A DNA stretch of 64,000 nt from Macrostomum lignano. Its lineage: Eukaryota. The notes below the pieces were generated by a model. It did no database searches. It saw only the letters and a program-made list of their open reading frames with translations, and was not told the DNA's origin. The translations under genes and the position numbers were made by a program. This document shows, piece by piece, positions 49,023 to 64,000 of the stretch. Numbering within the stretch: the first letter of the stretch is position 1; every line of letters begins with the position of its first letter. Where the stretch lies: the NCBI GenBank assembly GCA_002269645.1, contig NIVC01000184.1, forward strand, positions 62,001 through 126,000. The letters are read 5' to 3'.

Positions 49023-50134
49023 TAAGAATTTACTTTCGAAAGATGTGCGATATGTACCTTACAAGAAAAGTACCTTAAATGTCTTAGAATTAGTGAATTA
49101 TATGTAAAACTGTGCTTGGATCATGAAATGTAATTGTGAGTCCATGCAGTACTCTCTAAGTGCCCAACTTGAGTACGAGTATGCTAAGGTATAATTAGTA
49201 TTAGTTGCTTTAATTCCTCATTTTCAGTCGATCCTGAAATAGAGCCAGTCGGGTTCTTAAAACCCCTCTCCACTTGAATAGAGAGGCCTTAATATAGCAC
49301 AATTTTACCGCGTACTCGAATATCTTTGATAAGCATAAATCAATTTTCGAATCTATATACTCAGAATCCATGCTGCATAGAGGAACTGCTGCAGTGCAAG
49401 CTATTGATATCTTTTATACTCTTAGTTTCTAAATGACTTTAAAAAAAATCTATTATCGATAATCTCTCAATTGTTTGTCAAATTCATCCAGAACAAAAGG
49501 TTACTACGCTCGTACATACCCCAGTTGTCCTTTGACGCAAACGCTCAAAGCAAGAAAAAGTGCAAAATGATGCGTTGCAACGCGTCAGGCGCATCAATTA
49601 TGTATTCATAGAAACGCATTCCAACCCGTCGTGGAACAGGGTAGGCCTATGCATTATCTGGGGCTATTCCGGCAGCAAAAAATGATAATTGTTATTCGCT
49701 TTGCCCTTAAGGCAATGGATTTTGCAGAGACGCGCTGGCTTCCTGCGCTATACCCTCACTCGCCCTCATCGCTCAATAGAGACGGACCCAGCCTATGTGT
49801 ATATTGGCTTGTTTTACCTGGGCCAAACTTGGCTCATTAGCGCTGCGCTGCAACGGAACGCTATATTGCTGACAAAACTGCGCCGCCCATTGGGAGTATC
49901 TGCGTCTGTCATACACTGGACCCCCTGCCAGATGTCTGGCTTTACTGACTGTGGTCAAACACCGCATTAGCCTAGTGCAGAGATATTCTGCCTGCTTGTT
50001 TTGGCAAACTGAATTGCAGCACCTGCGAATTTTTGGTGGCTAGTTTGTCGGACAAACAACAGAGATCTCTGTGCTGGATTAGGGCTGCCGGGACAGTGCG
50101 AATGTTTCAATTTTTTCATACTGTGCGGTACTTC

Positions 50135-53100
50135 AGACACTGGAGTGAGTAGGAGACAGTTGGAGTGAGTAGGAGACAGTTGGAGTGAGTAGGAGACAGT
50201 TGGAGTGAGTAGGATACAGTTGAGTGAGTAGGAGGCAGTTGAGTGAGTAAGAGGCAGTTGGAGTGAGTAGGAGACAGTTAGTGAGTAGGAGACAGTTAGT
50301 GAGTAGAAGACAGTTGAGTGAGTAGGAGACAGTTGAGTGAGTAGGATACAGTTGGATTGAGTAGAAGACACTGGAGTGAGTAGAAGACACTGGAGTGAGT
50401 AGAAGACACTGGAGTGAGTAGAAGACACTGGAGTGAGTAGAAGACACTGGAGTGAGTAGAAGACACTGGGGTGAGTAGAAGACACTGGAGTGAGTAGAAG
50501 ATACTGGAGTGAGTAGGAGACAGTTGGAGTGAGTAGAAGACACTGGAGTGAGTAGAAGACACTGGAGTGAGTAGAAGACACTGGAGTGAGTAGAAGACAC
50601 TGGGGTGAGTAGAAGACACTGGAGTGAGTAGAAGACACTGGAGTGAGTAGGAGACAGTTGGAGTGAGTAGAAGACACTGGGGTGAGTAGAAGACACTGGA
50701 GTGAGTAGAAGACACTGGAGTGAGTAGGAGACAGTTGGAGTGAGTAGAAGACACTGAAGTGAGTAGAAGACACTGGGGTGACTAGAAGACACTGGAGTGA
50801 GTAGGAGACAGTTGGAGTGAGTAGAAGACACTGGGGTGAGTAGAAGACACTGGAGTGAGTAGAAGACACAAGAGTGAGTAGAAGACACTGGAGTGAGTAG
50901 AAGACACTGGAGTGAGTAGGAGACAGTTGGAGTGAGTAGAAGACACTGGAGTGAGTAGAAGACACTGGAGTGAGTAGAAGACACTGGAGTGAGTAGAAGA
51001 CACTGGAGTGAGTAGAAGACACTGGGGTGAGTAGAAGATACTGGAGTGAGTAGAAGACACAGGAGTGAGTAGAAGACAATTGGAGTGAGTAGGAGACAGT
51101 TAGAGTGAGTAGAAGACAGTTGGAGTGAGTAGGAGACGGTGAGTAGGAGACACTGGGGTGAGTAGAAGACACTGGAGTGAGTAGAAGACACTGGAGTGAG
51201 TAGAAGACACAGGAGTGAGTAGAAGATAGTTGGAGTGAGTAGGAGACAGTTGAAGTGAGTAGAAGACAGTTGGAGTGAGTAGGAGACACTGGGGTGAGTA
51301 GAAGACACTGGAGTGAGTAGGAGACAGTTGGAGTGAGTAGAAGACAGTTGGAGTGAGTAGGAGACGGTGAGTAGGAGACACTGGGGTGAGTAGAATACAC
51401 TGGAGTGAGTAGAAGACACTGGAGTGAGTAGAAGACACAGGAGTGAGTAGAAGATAGTTGGAGTGAGTAGGAGACAGTTGAAGTGAGTAGAAGACAGTTG
51501 GAGTGAGTAGGAGACACTGGGGTGAGTAGAAGACACTGGAGTGAGTAGAAGACACTGGAGTGAGTAGAAGACACAGGAGTGAGTAGAAGATAGTTGGAGT
51601 GAGTAGGAGACAGTTGAAGTGAGTAGAAGACAGTTGGAGTGAGTAGAAGACACTGAAGTGAGTAGAAGACACTGGAGTGAGTAGAAGACACTGGGGTGAG
51701 TAGAAGACACTGGAGTGAGTAGAAGACACTGGAGTGAGTAGAAGACACTGAACACTGGGGTGAGTAGAAGACACTGGAGTGAGTAGAAGATAGTTGGAGT
51801 GAGTAGGAGACAGTTAGTGAGTAGAAGACAGTTGAGTGAGTAGGAGACAGTTGAGTGAGTAGGATACAGTTGGATTGAGTAGAAGACACTGGAGTGAGTA
51901 GAAGACACTGGAGTGAGTAGAAGACACAGGAGTGAGTAGAAGACACTGGAGTGAGTAGAAGACACAGGAGTGAGTAGAAGACAGCTGGAGTAAGTAGGAG
52001 AAGGTGAGTAGGAGACACTGGAGTGAGTAGAAGACACTGGAGTGAGTAGAAGACACTGGAGTGAGTAGAAGACACAGGAGTGAGTAGAAGACAGTTGGAG
52101 TAAGTAGGAGAAGGTGAGTAGGAGACACTGGAGTGAGTAGAAGACACTGGAGTGAGTAGAAGACACTGGGGTGAGTAGAAGACACAGGAGTGAGTAGAAG
52201 ACAATTGGAGTGAGTAGGAGACAGTTGGAGTGAGTAGAAGACAGTTGGAGTGAGTAGGAGACGGTGAGTAGGAGACACTGGGGTGAGTAGAAGACACTGG
52301 AGTGAGTAGAAGACACTGGAGTGAGTAGAAGACACTGGGGTGAGTAGAAGACACAGGAGTGAGTAGAAGACAATTGGAGTGAGTAGGAGACAGTTGGAGT
52401 GAGTAGAAGACAGTTGGAGTGAGTAGGAGACGGTGAGTAGGAGACACTGGGGTGAGTAGAAGACACTGGAGTGAGTAGAAGACACTGGAGTGAGTAGAAG
52501 ACACTGGGGTGAGTAGAAGACACAGGAGTGAGTAGAAGACAATTGGAGTGAGTAGGAGACAGTTGGAGTGAGTAGGAGACGGTGAGTAGGAGACACTGGG
52601 GTGAGTAGAAGACACTGGAGTGAGTAGGAGACACTGGGGTGAGTAGAGGGCACTGGAGTGAGTAGAAGACACTGGGGTGAGTAGAAGACACAGGAGTGAG
52701 TAGAAGAAAATTGGAGTGAGTAGGAGACAGTTGGAGTGAGTAGAAGACAGTTGGAGTGAGTAGGAGACGGTGAGTAGGAGACACTGGGGTGAGTAGAAGA
52801 CACTGGAGTGAGTAGAAGACACTGGAGTGAGTAGAAGACACAGGAGTGAGTAGAAGATAGTTGGAGTGAGTAGGAGACAGTTGAAGTGAGTAGAAGACAG
52901 TTGGAGTGAGTAGGAGACACTGGGGTGAGTAGAAGACACTGGAGTGAGTAGAAGACACTGGAGTGAGTAGAAGACACTGGGGTGAGTAGAAGACACAGGA
53001 GTGAGTAGAAGACAATTGGAGTGAGTAGGAGACAGTTGGAGTGAGTAGAAGACAGTTGGAGTGAGTAGGAGACGGTGAGTAGGAGACACTGGGGTGAGTA

Positions 53101-54590
53101 GAGGGCACTGGAGTGAGTAGGAGACACTGGGGTGAGTAGAAGACACTGGGGTGAGTAGAAGACACAGGAGTGAGTAGAAGACAATTGGAGTGAGTAGGAG
53201 ACAGTTGCAGTGAGTAGAAGACAGTTGGAGTGAGTAGGAGACGGTGAGTAGGAGACACTGGGGTGAGTAGAAGACACTGGAGTGAGTAGAAGACACTGGA
53301 TTGAGTAGAAGACACAGGAGTGAGTAGAAGATAGTTGGAGTGAGTAGGAGACAGTTGAAGTGAGTAGAAGACAGTTGGAGTGAGTAGGAGACACTGGGGT
53401 GAGTAGAAGACACTGGAGTGAGTAGGAGACAGTTGGAGTGAGTAGAAGACAGTTGGAGTGAGTAGGAGACGGTGAGTAGGAGACACTGGGGTGAGTAGAA
53501 GACACTGGAGTGAGTAGAAGACACTGGAGTGAGTAGAAGACACAGGAGTGAGTAGAAGATAGTTGGAGTGAGTAGGAGACAGTTGAAGTGAGTAGAAGAC
53601 AGTTGGAGTGAGTAGGAGACACTGGGGTGAGTAGAAGACACTGGAGTGAGTAGAAGATAGTTGGAGTGAGTAGGAGACAGTGAGTAGAAGACAGTTGAGT
53701 GAGTAGGAGACAGTTGAGTGAGTAGGATACAGTTGGATTGAGTAGAAGACACTGGAGTGAGTAGAAGACACTGGAGTGAGTGGAAGACACAAGAGTGAGT
53801 AGAAGACACTGGAGTGAGTAGAAGACACAGGAGTGAGTAGAAGACACTGGAGTGAGTAGAAGACACTGGGGTGAGTAGAAGACACAGGAGTGAGTAGAAG
53901 ACAATTGGAGTGAGTAGGAGACAGTTGGAGTGAGTAGAAGACAGTTGGAGTGAGTAGGAGACGGTGAGTAGGAGACACTGGGGTGAGTAGAAGACACTGG
54001 AGTGAGTAGAAGACACTGGAGTGAGTAGAAGACACTGGGGTGAGTAGAAGACACAGGAGTGAGTAGAAGACAATTGGAGTGAGTAGGAGACAGTTGGAGT
54101 GAGTAGGAGACACTGGGGTGAGTAGAAGACACTGGAGTGAGTAGAAGATAGTTGGAGTGAGTAGGAGACAGTGAGTAGAAGACAGTTGAGTGAGTAGGAG
54201 ACAGTTGAGTGAGTAGGATACAGTTGGATTGAGTAGAAGACACTGGAGTGAGTAGAAGACACTGGAGTGAGTGGAAGACACAAGAGTGAGTAGAAGACAC
54301 TGGAGTGAGTAGAAGACACAGGAGTGAGTAGAAGACAGTTGGAGTAAGTAGGAGAAGGTGAGTAGGAGACACTGGAGTGAGTAGAAGACACTGGAGTGAG
54401 TAGAAGATACTGGGTTGAGTAGAAGACACTGGAGTGAGTAGAAGACACTGGAGTGAGTAGAAGACAGTTTGAGTAAGTAGGAGAAGGTGAGTAGGAGACA
54501 CTGGAGTGAGTAGAAGACACTGGAGTGAGTAGAAGACACTGGGTTGAGTAGAAGACACTGGAGTGAGTAGAGGGCACGAGTAGATAGGAG
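50135..54590. repeat. 19/20-bp purine-rich satellite GGAGTGAGTAGAAGACACT / GGAGTGAGTAGGAGACAGTT, about 4.4 kb
   Basis: Visible directly; source of the 1536-, 1509- and 914-aa spurious ORFs. Confidence 0.98.
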
Positions 54591-55280
54591 AGAGCTGAGT
54601 GAGATGGAGAACGGAAAGTAGGAGGCCAGATGAGAAGTTATATTTAAGAAGTGAGAAGTCAAGAGAGACAGAACACTACAGCCGATGGCAAGCTAATCGA
54701 AGACAGCGCCAAAAAATAATTTCTGATCAAAGCGCGCTAGCATGACGCACTTGAGTTCACACAACCGAGTTGGATGTTTCTGCCGGGACACTAATTCTCA
54801 ATCCATCGCGCACTGCCTCCAATAATTATCAGCACACAGCTGCGGGTCCCAGGCCCGACTTGACAGTGGACTGAGCGCTTTGCCGCGGGTGGCGATTGCG
54901 ACAGCCCAGCAGCTGGGGCCCGCGGATCTGCAATTTTGATAAATTGTTACCACACGAACCGCTTTGAAGAGAACTGGCCGGATTTATTATTGAAATGAAG
55001 CGGCCCGGAATTTGAGCAGCTTGGCCGTAAATCTGCAGTGCCAAAACCGGCCGCTGCGATCTTTCCGTTTCAGTTTTTGGGGGATTTCGGGTGAAACTAA
55101 GCTTGACAACTTTTTGACGTTTCTGAACTGGGGCTGGGGTGAGGGCTGAGCTGCATGACCTTTTTTGCACTTTTCATGAAGTGCCGATCGAGCGAAGAGG
55201 ATTTATTGCAATAGTATGAAGCAGCTGTGAGCAAATTTGAGGCACCGTCACACGGGCACTGTGACTGTCCGTGTGCCTCT

Positions 55281-56020
<740 letters not shown>

Positions 56021-56137
56021 ATCTATGAATAAATTTTTTTTTGAGCATAAAACACTTTCTGGAGTTAGAAATGCATTCATAAAACTCTATTTAATAAAGC
56101 ATACAGAGCACTTCTGCATTTCTATCCTATTATCGGA

Positions 56138-56530
56138 TTAAGGCAAACAATCCTCGGCCACCTGCCCTTGCCTCAGCTCTTGCCTATGGCCGGCGGCCGT
56201 TATTGGCCCCCCTGGCGTCAGCAAATCGACGAGAAGCCAGCGCAGCATCAGCAGTCGCATATCGACCCCACAGTCCAATGCATCTGGCTCCAGCTGTATT
56301 AAATATTCGTACAGAGATTCTCTCTTTCTCTGTGTGTAATTGCACGTGAACAAAATTGCAGTTCAACCAATCTAGTTGTTGCTATGGCGTCAACAAACAC
56401 ATAGAGATACAGCTTCATGTGAGCAATGCAACGGAACACGCGGCTGTTGGTACTGCTGATTTTGGGACTTACAGGTATTTGTCGGTTAATATTTGCTTTC
56501 AGCTTGGGTAGCGTATTAAGTGTCATGCAG
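56138..56530 (-). pseudogene. Possible degenerate LTR-retrotransposon gag fragment
   Basis: TQRKRESLYEYLIQL...DC...MLRWLLVDL resembles the gag Q..ES..EY...L...A..C...LRD.LV pattern; no LTR or pol seen. Confidence 0.3.
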
Positions 56531-56747
56531 AGAGCATTTGCATGTTGCTGCTCCTGTACAGCTGGATGTACTCATTGTATATTAATGCAAAAAGGTCTGT
56601 TTCAGAGCAGGTAAAATGCATTGATATAATTCAGTCTACTTCGAAGTAGAAACATTGCACTAAATAGATATTGCTTTTGTCAGCCAAGTTGTGAATTTCC
56701 ATTTGGCTGTGGTACACTTGGTCTGGCCCATAGACATTCATATAGAC

Positions 56748-57891
56748 CAGGGGTTGGCAAACTCCGGCCCGCGAAGCCTCTCTATCCCGACCTTCGGTCC
56801 TTGGGACTCCACCATAGCAACTTGGCCCGCTCTCCTCTCCTCTCCTCTCCTCTCCTCTTCTCTTCTCTCCTCTTCTCTCCTCTCCTCTCCTCTCCTCTCC
56901 TCTCCATTCTCTCCTCTCCCTCCTCTCCTCTCCCCTCCTCTCCTCTCCTCTCCTCTCCTCTCCTCTCCTCTCCATTCTCTCCTCTCCTCTCCTCTCCATT
57001 CTCTCCTCTCCCTCCTCTCCTCTCCTCCTCTCCTCTCCTCTCCTCTCCTCTTCTCTCCTCTCCTCTCCTCTCCTCTCCTCTCCTCTCCTCTCCTCTCCTC
57101 TCCTCTCCTCTCCTCTCCTCTCCTCTCCTCTCCTCTCCTCTCATATCCTCTCCTCTTCTCTCCTCTCCTCTCCTCTCCTCTCCTCTCCTCTCCTCTCCTC
57201 TCCTCTCCTCTCCTCTCCTCTCCTCTCCTCTCCTCTCCTCTCCTCTCCTCTCCTCTCCTCTCCTCTCCTCTCCTCTCCTCTCCTCTCCTCTCCTCTCCTC
57301 TCCTCTCCTCTCCTCTCCTCTCCTCTCATATCCTCTCCTCTCCTCTCCTCTCCTCTCCTCTCCTCTCCTCTCCTCTCCTCTCCTCTCCTCTCCTCTCCTC
57401 TCCTCTCCTCTCCTCTCCTCTCCTCTCCTCTCCTCTCCTCTCCTCTCCTCTCCATTCTCTCCTCTCCTCTCCTCTCCATTCTCTCCTCTCCCTCCTCTCC
57501 TCTCCTCCTCTCCTCTCCTCTCCTCTCCTCTTCTCTCCTCTCCTCTCCTCTCCTCTCCTCTCCTCTCCTCTCCTCTCCTCTCCTCTCCTCTCCTCTCCTC
57601 TCCTCCTCTCCTCTCCTCTCCTCTCCTCTTCTCTCCTCTCCTCTCCCTTCTATATTCTCCCTCTTCTCCCTTTCACTCCCTCCTACCATCTCCCTTCTCT
57701 CCTCTCTCTTCTATTTTCTACTCTATCCTCTCTCCTCTTTCCTCTCCTCTCTTCTCCTTTATTCCTCGCCTCTCCATTCTCCTATATCTCTTCTCTCCTT
57801 TCCATTCTATCTTCTCTCCCCCCTCCTCTTGGCCCACAGTCATGCAGATTTTCCATCTGCCCCTTGAGGTGAAACATTTCGCCAACCCCTG
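56748..57891. mobile_element. hAT-Charlie (MER58-like) MITE carrying about 1 kb of (CTCCT)n
   Basis: Ends CAGGGGTTGGCAAACTCCGGCCCGCG and TTCGCCAACCCCTG; flanks ATATAGAC / ACACAGAC (6 of 8 match, degenerate TSD). Confidence 0.8.
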
Positions 57892-59239
57892 ACACAGACG
57901 GAAAAAGACAGGCAAGCTGATACTCTGGCCATAGACATCAGCACAAAGTCTATTGGCCTCAAGCAAAATATGCATGATCTGTGGGTGCACAGCGGTCCCT
58001 TCTGCTTTCACTGTGCACGAGTCAGCAAGTCTAGAGAGAAAAACTAGGTCCTTTATATTCCTATTCACGAGCTGGACAGCAACTCACTGATGATCAACAC
58101 GACTGCAGTAGTCCTGCAAGCCAAAGCTTGCATTCGGAAACTTTTCGGTCAAGCACAGATTAGCTCCATCAACAGAGACATTGCGTGTCAATCTCTGCTG
58201 GTAGTGCCTGCGCTCAATGCGAGCATTAATTGGGCTCAACTAGCTAGCTATCTATGCTCTTACTCTGCAGTTTGCATTCTCAAAGCAGTGCCGATCGGGA
58301 CATTTTCGACCTCGTGACTTTAGCTTGTATAGGTTTTGCTAGATCGAGAATCAAACTGTAAATCACGCACCGACATTGCCGTTGCATGCTTTGTTTTTTT
58401 TAGAAATGAGCTGCAGGCCGTGAGGAATGTGTAATTGTCGTACCGCTACGCTAGTGCATTTACAAAGTAGGCTCTCGAGAATGCATAGCAACTGAATGGG
58501 GTTCAACCATAGACAATATCGGTCTCGGGGACCGTAGATTTGTTTAGTTGTTTTATAAGAAATTCAGCAAAATAAGCTTCCGACGTTTCTGGGACAGTTT
58601 AGCTCTCAGATTAGCACTTTCTCCCCAGACCCCTCGGAAGCGGGCGGTGTCGGCAGTTCCAGTAAGCCATGCAGATTCTTTCACAGCTGGGACGGGTTGC
58701 GAAGAGGGGGGACGTGTTCGGCCCAAATAGAATCCCAACTATAACTTTCGATTTTGGTTGAAGGATATCCGAACTCCCCCCCCGCCCGACCCCCGGAAGC
58801 TTCTGGGAAAAATTTTTTTTAGAATTTGCAACTTGTTGTTGTCAGTCAGGTCTGGGTTACACTGCCTTCAACTCCCGTAGCAACTGTTGCCGAAATTGTT
58901 TCTTTCTTGCAATACCGGCCAGAGGAAACAGGGATGGCCGCGGCGCGTTAAAAACGAGAAAAGATTCTGGACAGCAAGTTTTGAAGGGAATTCTGCATCT
59001 GTCAGTTTGGAGGCGCCTGGGTGTTAAGGATATTCTATATGTAGCAAAATTTGCTTTGCAAATCACTTGGTGGCGAACGGAATGAAGACGGGTTGTTTGT
59101 TCTCGAATTTTGCTGCAAAGGGTTTGGTCTTGGAAATGAATACTTGATGAGTACAATGAGATTGTCTAGGTAAATGACCACCGAATTTTATATCATTCTG
59201 CTCGATCTCACTTCAAGAGACTAGGTTTCTTGTAGTTGC

Positions 59240-60105
59240 TGAGGTCTGTTTTTAGTTCCTGGGGTCTGTTTTAGGTCCCTGAGGTCTGTTTTAGGTTCCT
59301 GAGGTCTGTTTTAGGTTCCTGAGGTCTGTTTTAGTTCCTGGGGCCTGTTTTAGGTTCCTGAGGTCTGTTTTAGGTTCCTGAGGTCTGATTTAGGTTCCTG
59401 AGGTCTGTTTTAGGTTCCTGAGGTCTGTTTTAGGTTCCTGAGGTCTGTTTTAGTTGCTGAGGTTTTTTTTTAGGTTCCTGGGGTCTGTTTTAGGTTCCTG
59501 AGGTCTGTTTTAGGTTCCTGAGGTCTGTTTTAGGTTCCTGAGGTCTGTTTTAGTTCCTGAGGTCTGTTTTAGGTTCCTGAGGTCTGTTTTAGGTTCCTGA
59601 GGTCTGTTTTGGTTCCTGAGGTCTGTTTTGGTTCCTGAGGTCTGTTTTGGTTCCTGAGGTCTGTTTTAGTTCCTGAGGTCTGTTTTAGGTTCCTGAGGTC
59701 TGTTTTAGGTTCCTGAGGTCTGTTTTAGTTCCTGAGGTCTGTTTTAGGTTCCTGAGGTCTGTTTTAGGTTCCTGAGGTCTGTTTTGGTTCCTGAGGTCTG
59801 TTTTAGTTCCTGAGGTCTGTTTTAGGTTCCTGAGGTCTGTTTTAGTTCCTGAGGTCTGTTTTGGTTCCTGAGGTCTGTTTTAGGTTCCTGAGGTCTGTTT
59901 TAGGTTCCTGAGGTCTGTTTTGGTTCCTGAGGTCTGTTTTGGTTCCTGAGGTCTGTTTTAGTTCCTGAGGTCTGTTTTGGTTCCTGAGGTCTGTTTTAGG
60001 TTCCTGAGGTCTGTTTTAGGTTCCTGAGGTCTGTTTTGGTTCCTGAGGTCTGTTTTAGGTTCCCGAGGTCTGTTTTAGATTCCTGAGGTCTATTTTGGTT
60101 CCTGA
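59240..60105. repeat. 19/20-bp minisatellite GAGGTCTGTTTTAGGTTCCT
   Basis: Visible directly. Confidence 0.96.
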
Positions 60106-60799
60106 GGTATATCTGGCTTACTTTCTGTTTCCCGGATGCCGTTGACAATGTTTCTAAAGTCAATTATTGTAATAGTTTGCTAATTTTGTCAAAAGCTTTT
60201 ACAGTCCATTGAAAAAAAGCTGAAATAAATATAAGTACACTCATATAAAAAAACTCATATTTGACAAACGATTTACAAAAAGGGCGGCTTCTTCTCATTC
60301 TGCCCTGCCCTGTTACTGCGAATCTTTGACTCCCTTTTTTGTGGATTTCCTTCTCTGTGACTCGGTAAAGTGTATTTTTAGCTGAGCACTTCCCCCCCCC
60401 CCTAGCTCAGATCGATATCGAAGGGAGCCTGCTAAACGCGTGTCCATAAACTGGCCTCTCCGCCCTTGTCCCTCCATCTGTGACCCATCGACTTTTGTTT
60501 AACGATCCAACGTATATCGTGACTACAGAAAACTCTCTTGAACTCAAATGCAGCACATTCTATTGTTGACTGTACTGCAGAGCTCTGAGATGGTGCCTGA
60601 TACAGCTAACTGGTAGCTGGTGTACACAGTTTTTGGAGATCATTTTAAAAATTTATGCGAACAAGCTAATGAGCTCTGGCCTGTAAACTGAGATTTACAC
60701 CGCCATCTCTGTGCAGCTGGGAGCCCCGGTCTGATAACTGTCTACTTTCTGGTGGCTATAGTATAGATGTCGCAGTGAACAACTGCTCTGACCAAAAAT

Positions 60800-63512
<2,713 letters not shown>

Positions 63513-63924
63513 AGCACACACGCAGTCTCACGGCCCGTTGCACCGCAGACTGGTTACGAGAGCGCTGACTGCTGAAACTTCGGTCCATTCGGCATGAAAG
63601 TCGGCCCCAGTTGCATTGTAAACCTGTAACACGGCTGTCTGGCGGCCAGAAGCATTGCCGAGAAAGCCCCACGGGAAAATATGTTCTGATCAATTATTCA
63701 CTGCTGCGGCGCCCGGCTGCTGTCGCATCTGCTGGCCAGGCAGATTCGGCCGCGGCGGCCAGCAATGAAAACAGATATTATTTTAAAGTGAAAATTGGCC
63801 GGTAGAAGCTTCGCACTTTTTGTGCATCAGTTGCGGCTGGCTTTTGTTTTTTGACACTTCGGCTTGGGCAGAAAGCTTTTTATGGTCTATTTATCCATGT
63901 GGTGATACTGTCTGTCCACTGATT

Positions 63925-63965
63925 TATCTATCTATCCATCTATCTATCTATCTATCTATCTATCC

Positions 63966-64000
<35 letters not shown>
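63925..64000. repeat. (TATC)n running off the window end
   Basis: Visible directly. Confidence 0.95.

Noticed and set aside
49967-54662. 1536-, 1509- and 914-aa minus-strand ORFs
   Set aside because: Translations of a 19/20-bp satellite whose minus strand lacks stops; open in several frames with no domain content.

Overview
Repeat-rich animal genomic DNA with GT-AG introns and GC-rich, Ala/Gly/Gln-rich exons. The style resembles the flatworm Macrostomum, but that is inference and unconfirmed. Three host genes were built by hand on the + strand: (1) the 3' seven exons of a FARP1/2 (Cdep-like) FERM-RhoGEF-PH-PH gene, 1887-12405; (2) a single-exon PAN/apple + C-type-lectin gene, 14801-15559; (3) a complete six-exon YME1L i-AAA protease, 37045-44505, 791 aa. 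All but one complete intron of these genes contain tandem-repeat arrays, and one 28-bp unit recurs in introns of both multi-exon genes. The 16-37 kb interval holds DNA transposons with TIRs and TSDs readable from the sequence: a 3.7-kb hAT element, a 4-kb P-superfamily (THAP) element whose catalytic core is replaced by hAT sequence, and Merlin-like and TA-flanked MITEs. The best find is a 44-bp element at 19711-19754 with 17-bp arms and an 8-bp TSD that matches the excision footprint expected of a P-type transposase. The 45-64 kb region is mostly satellite and microsatellite DNA with short unique islands and no gene I can support. Nearly all long ORFs in the supplied track over repeats are artefacts. 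No CRISPR, rRNA or functional tRNA was found.
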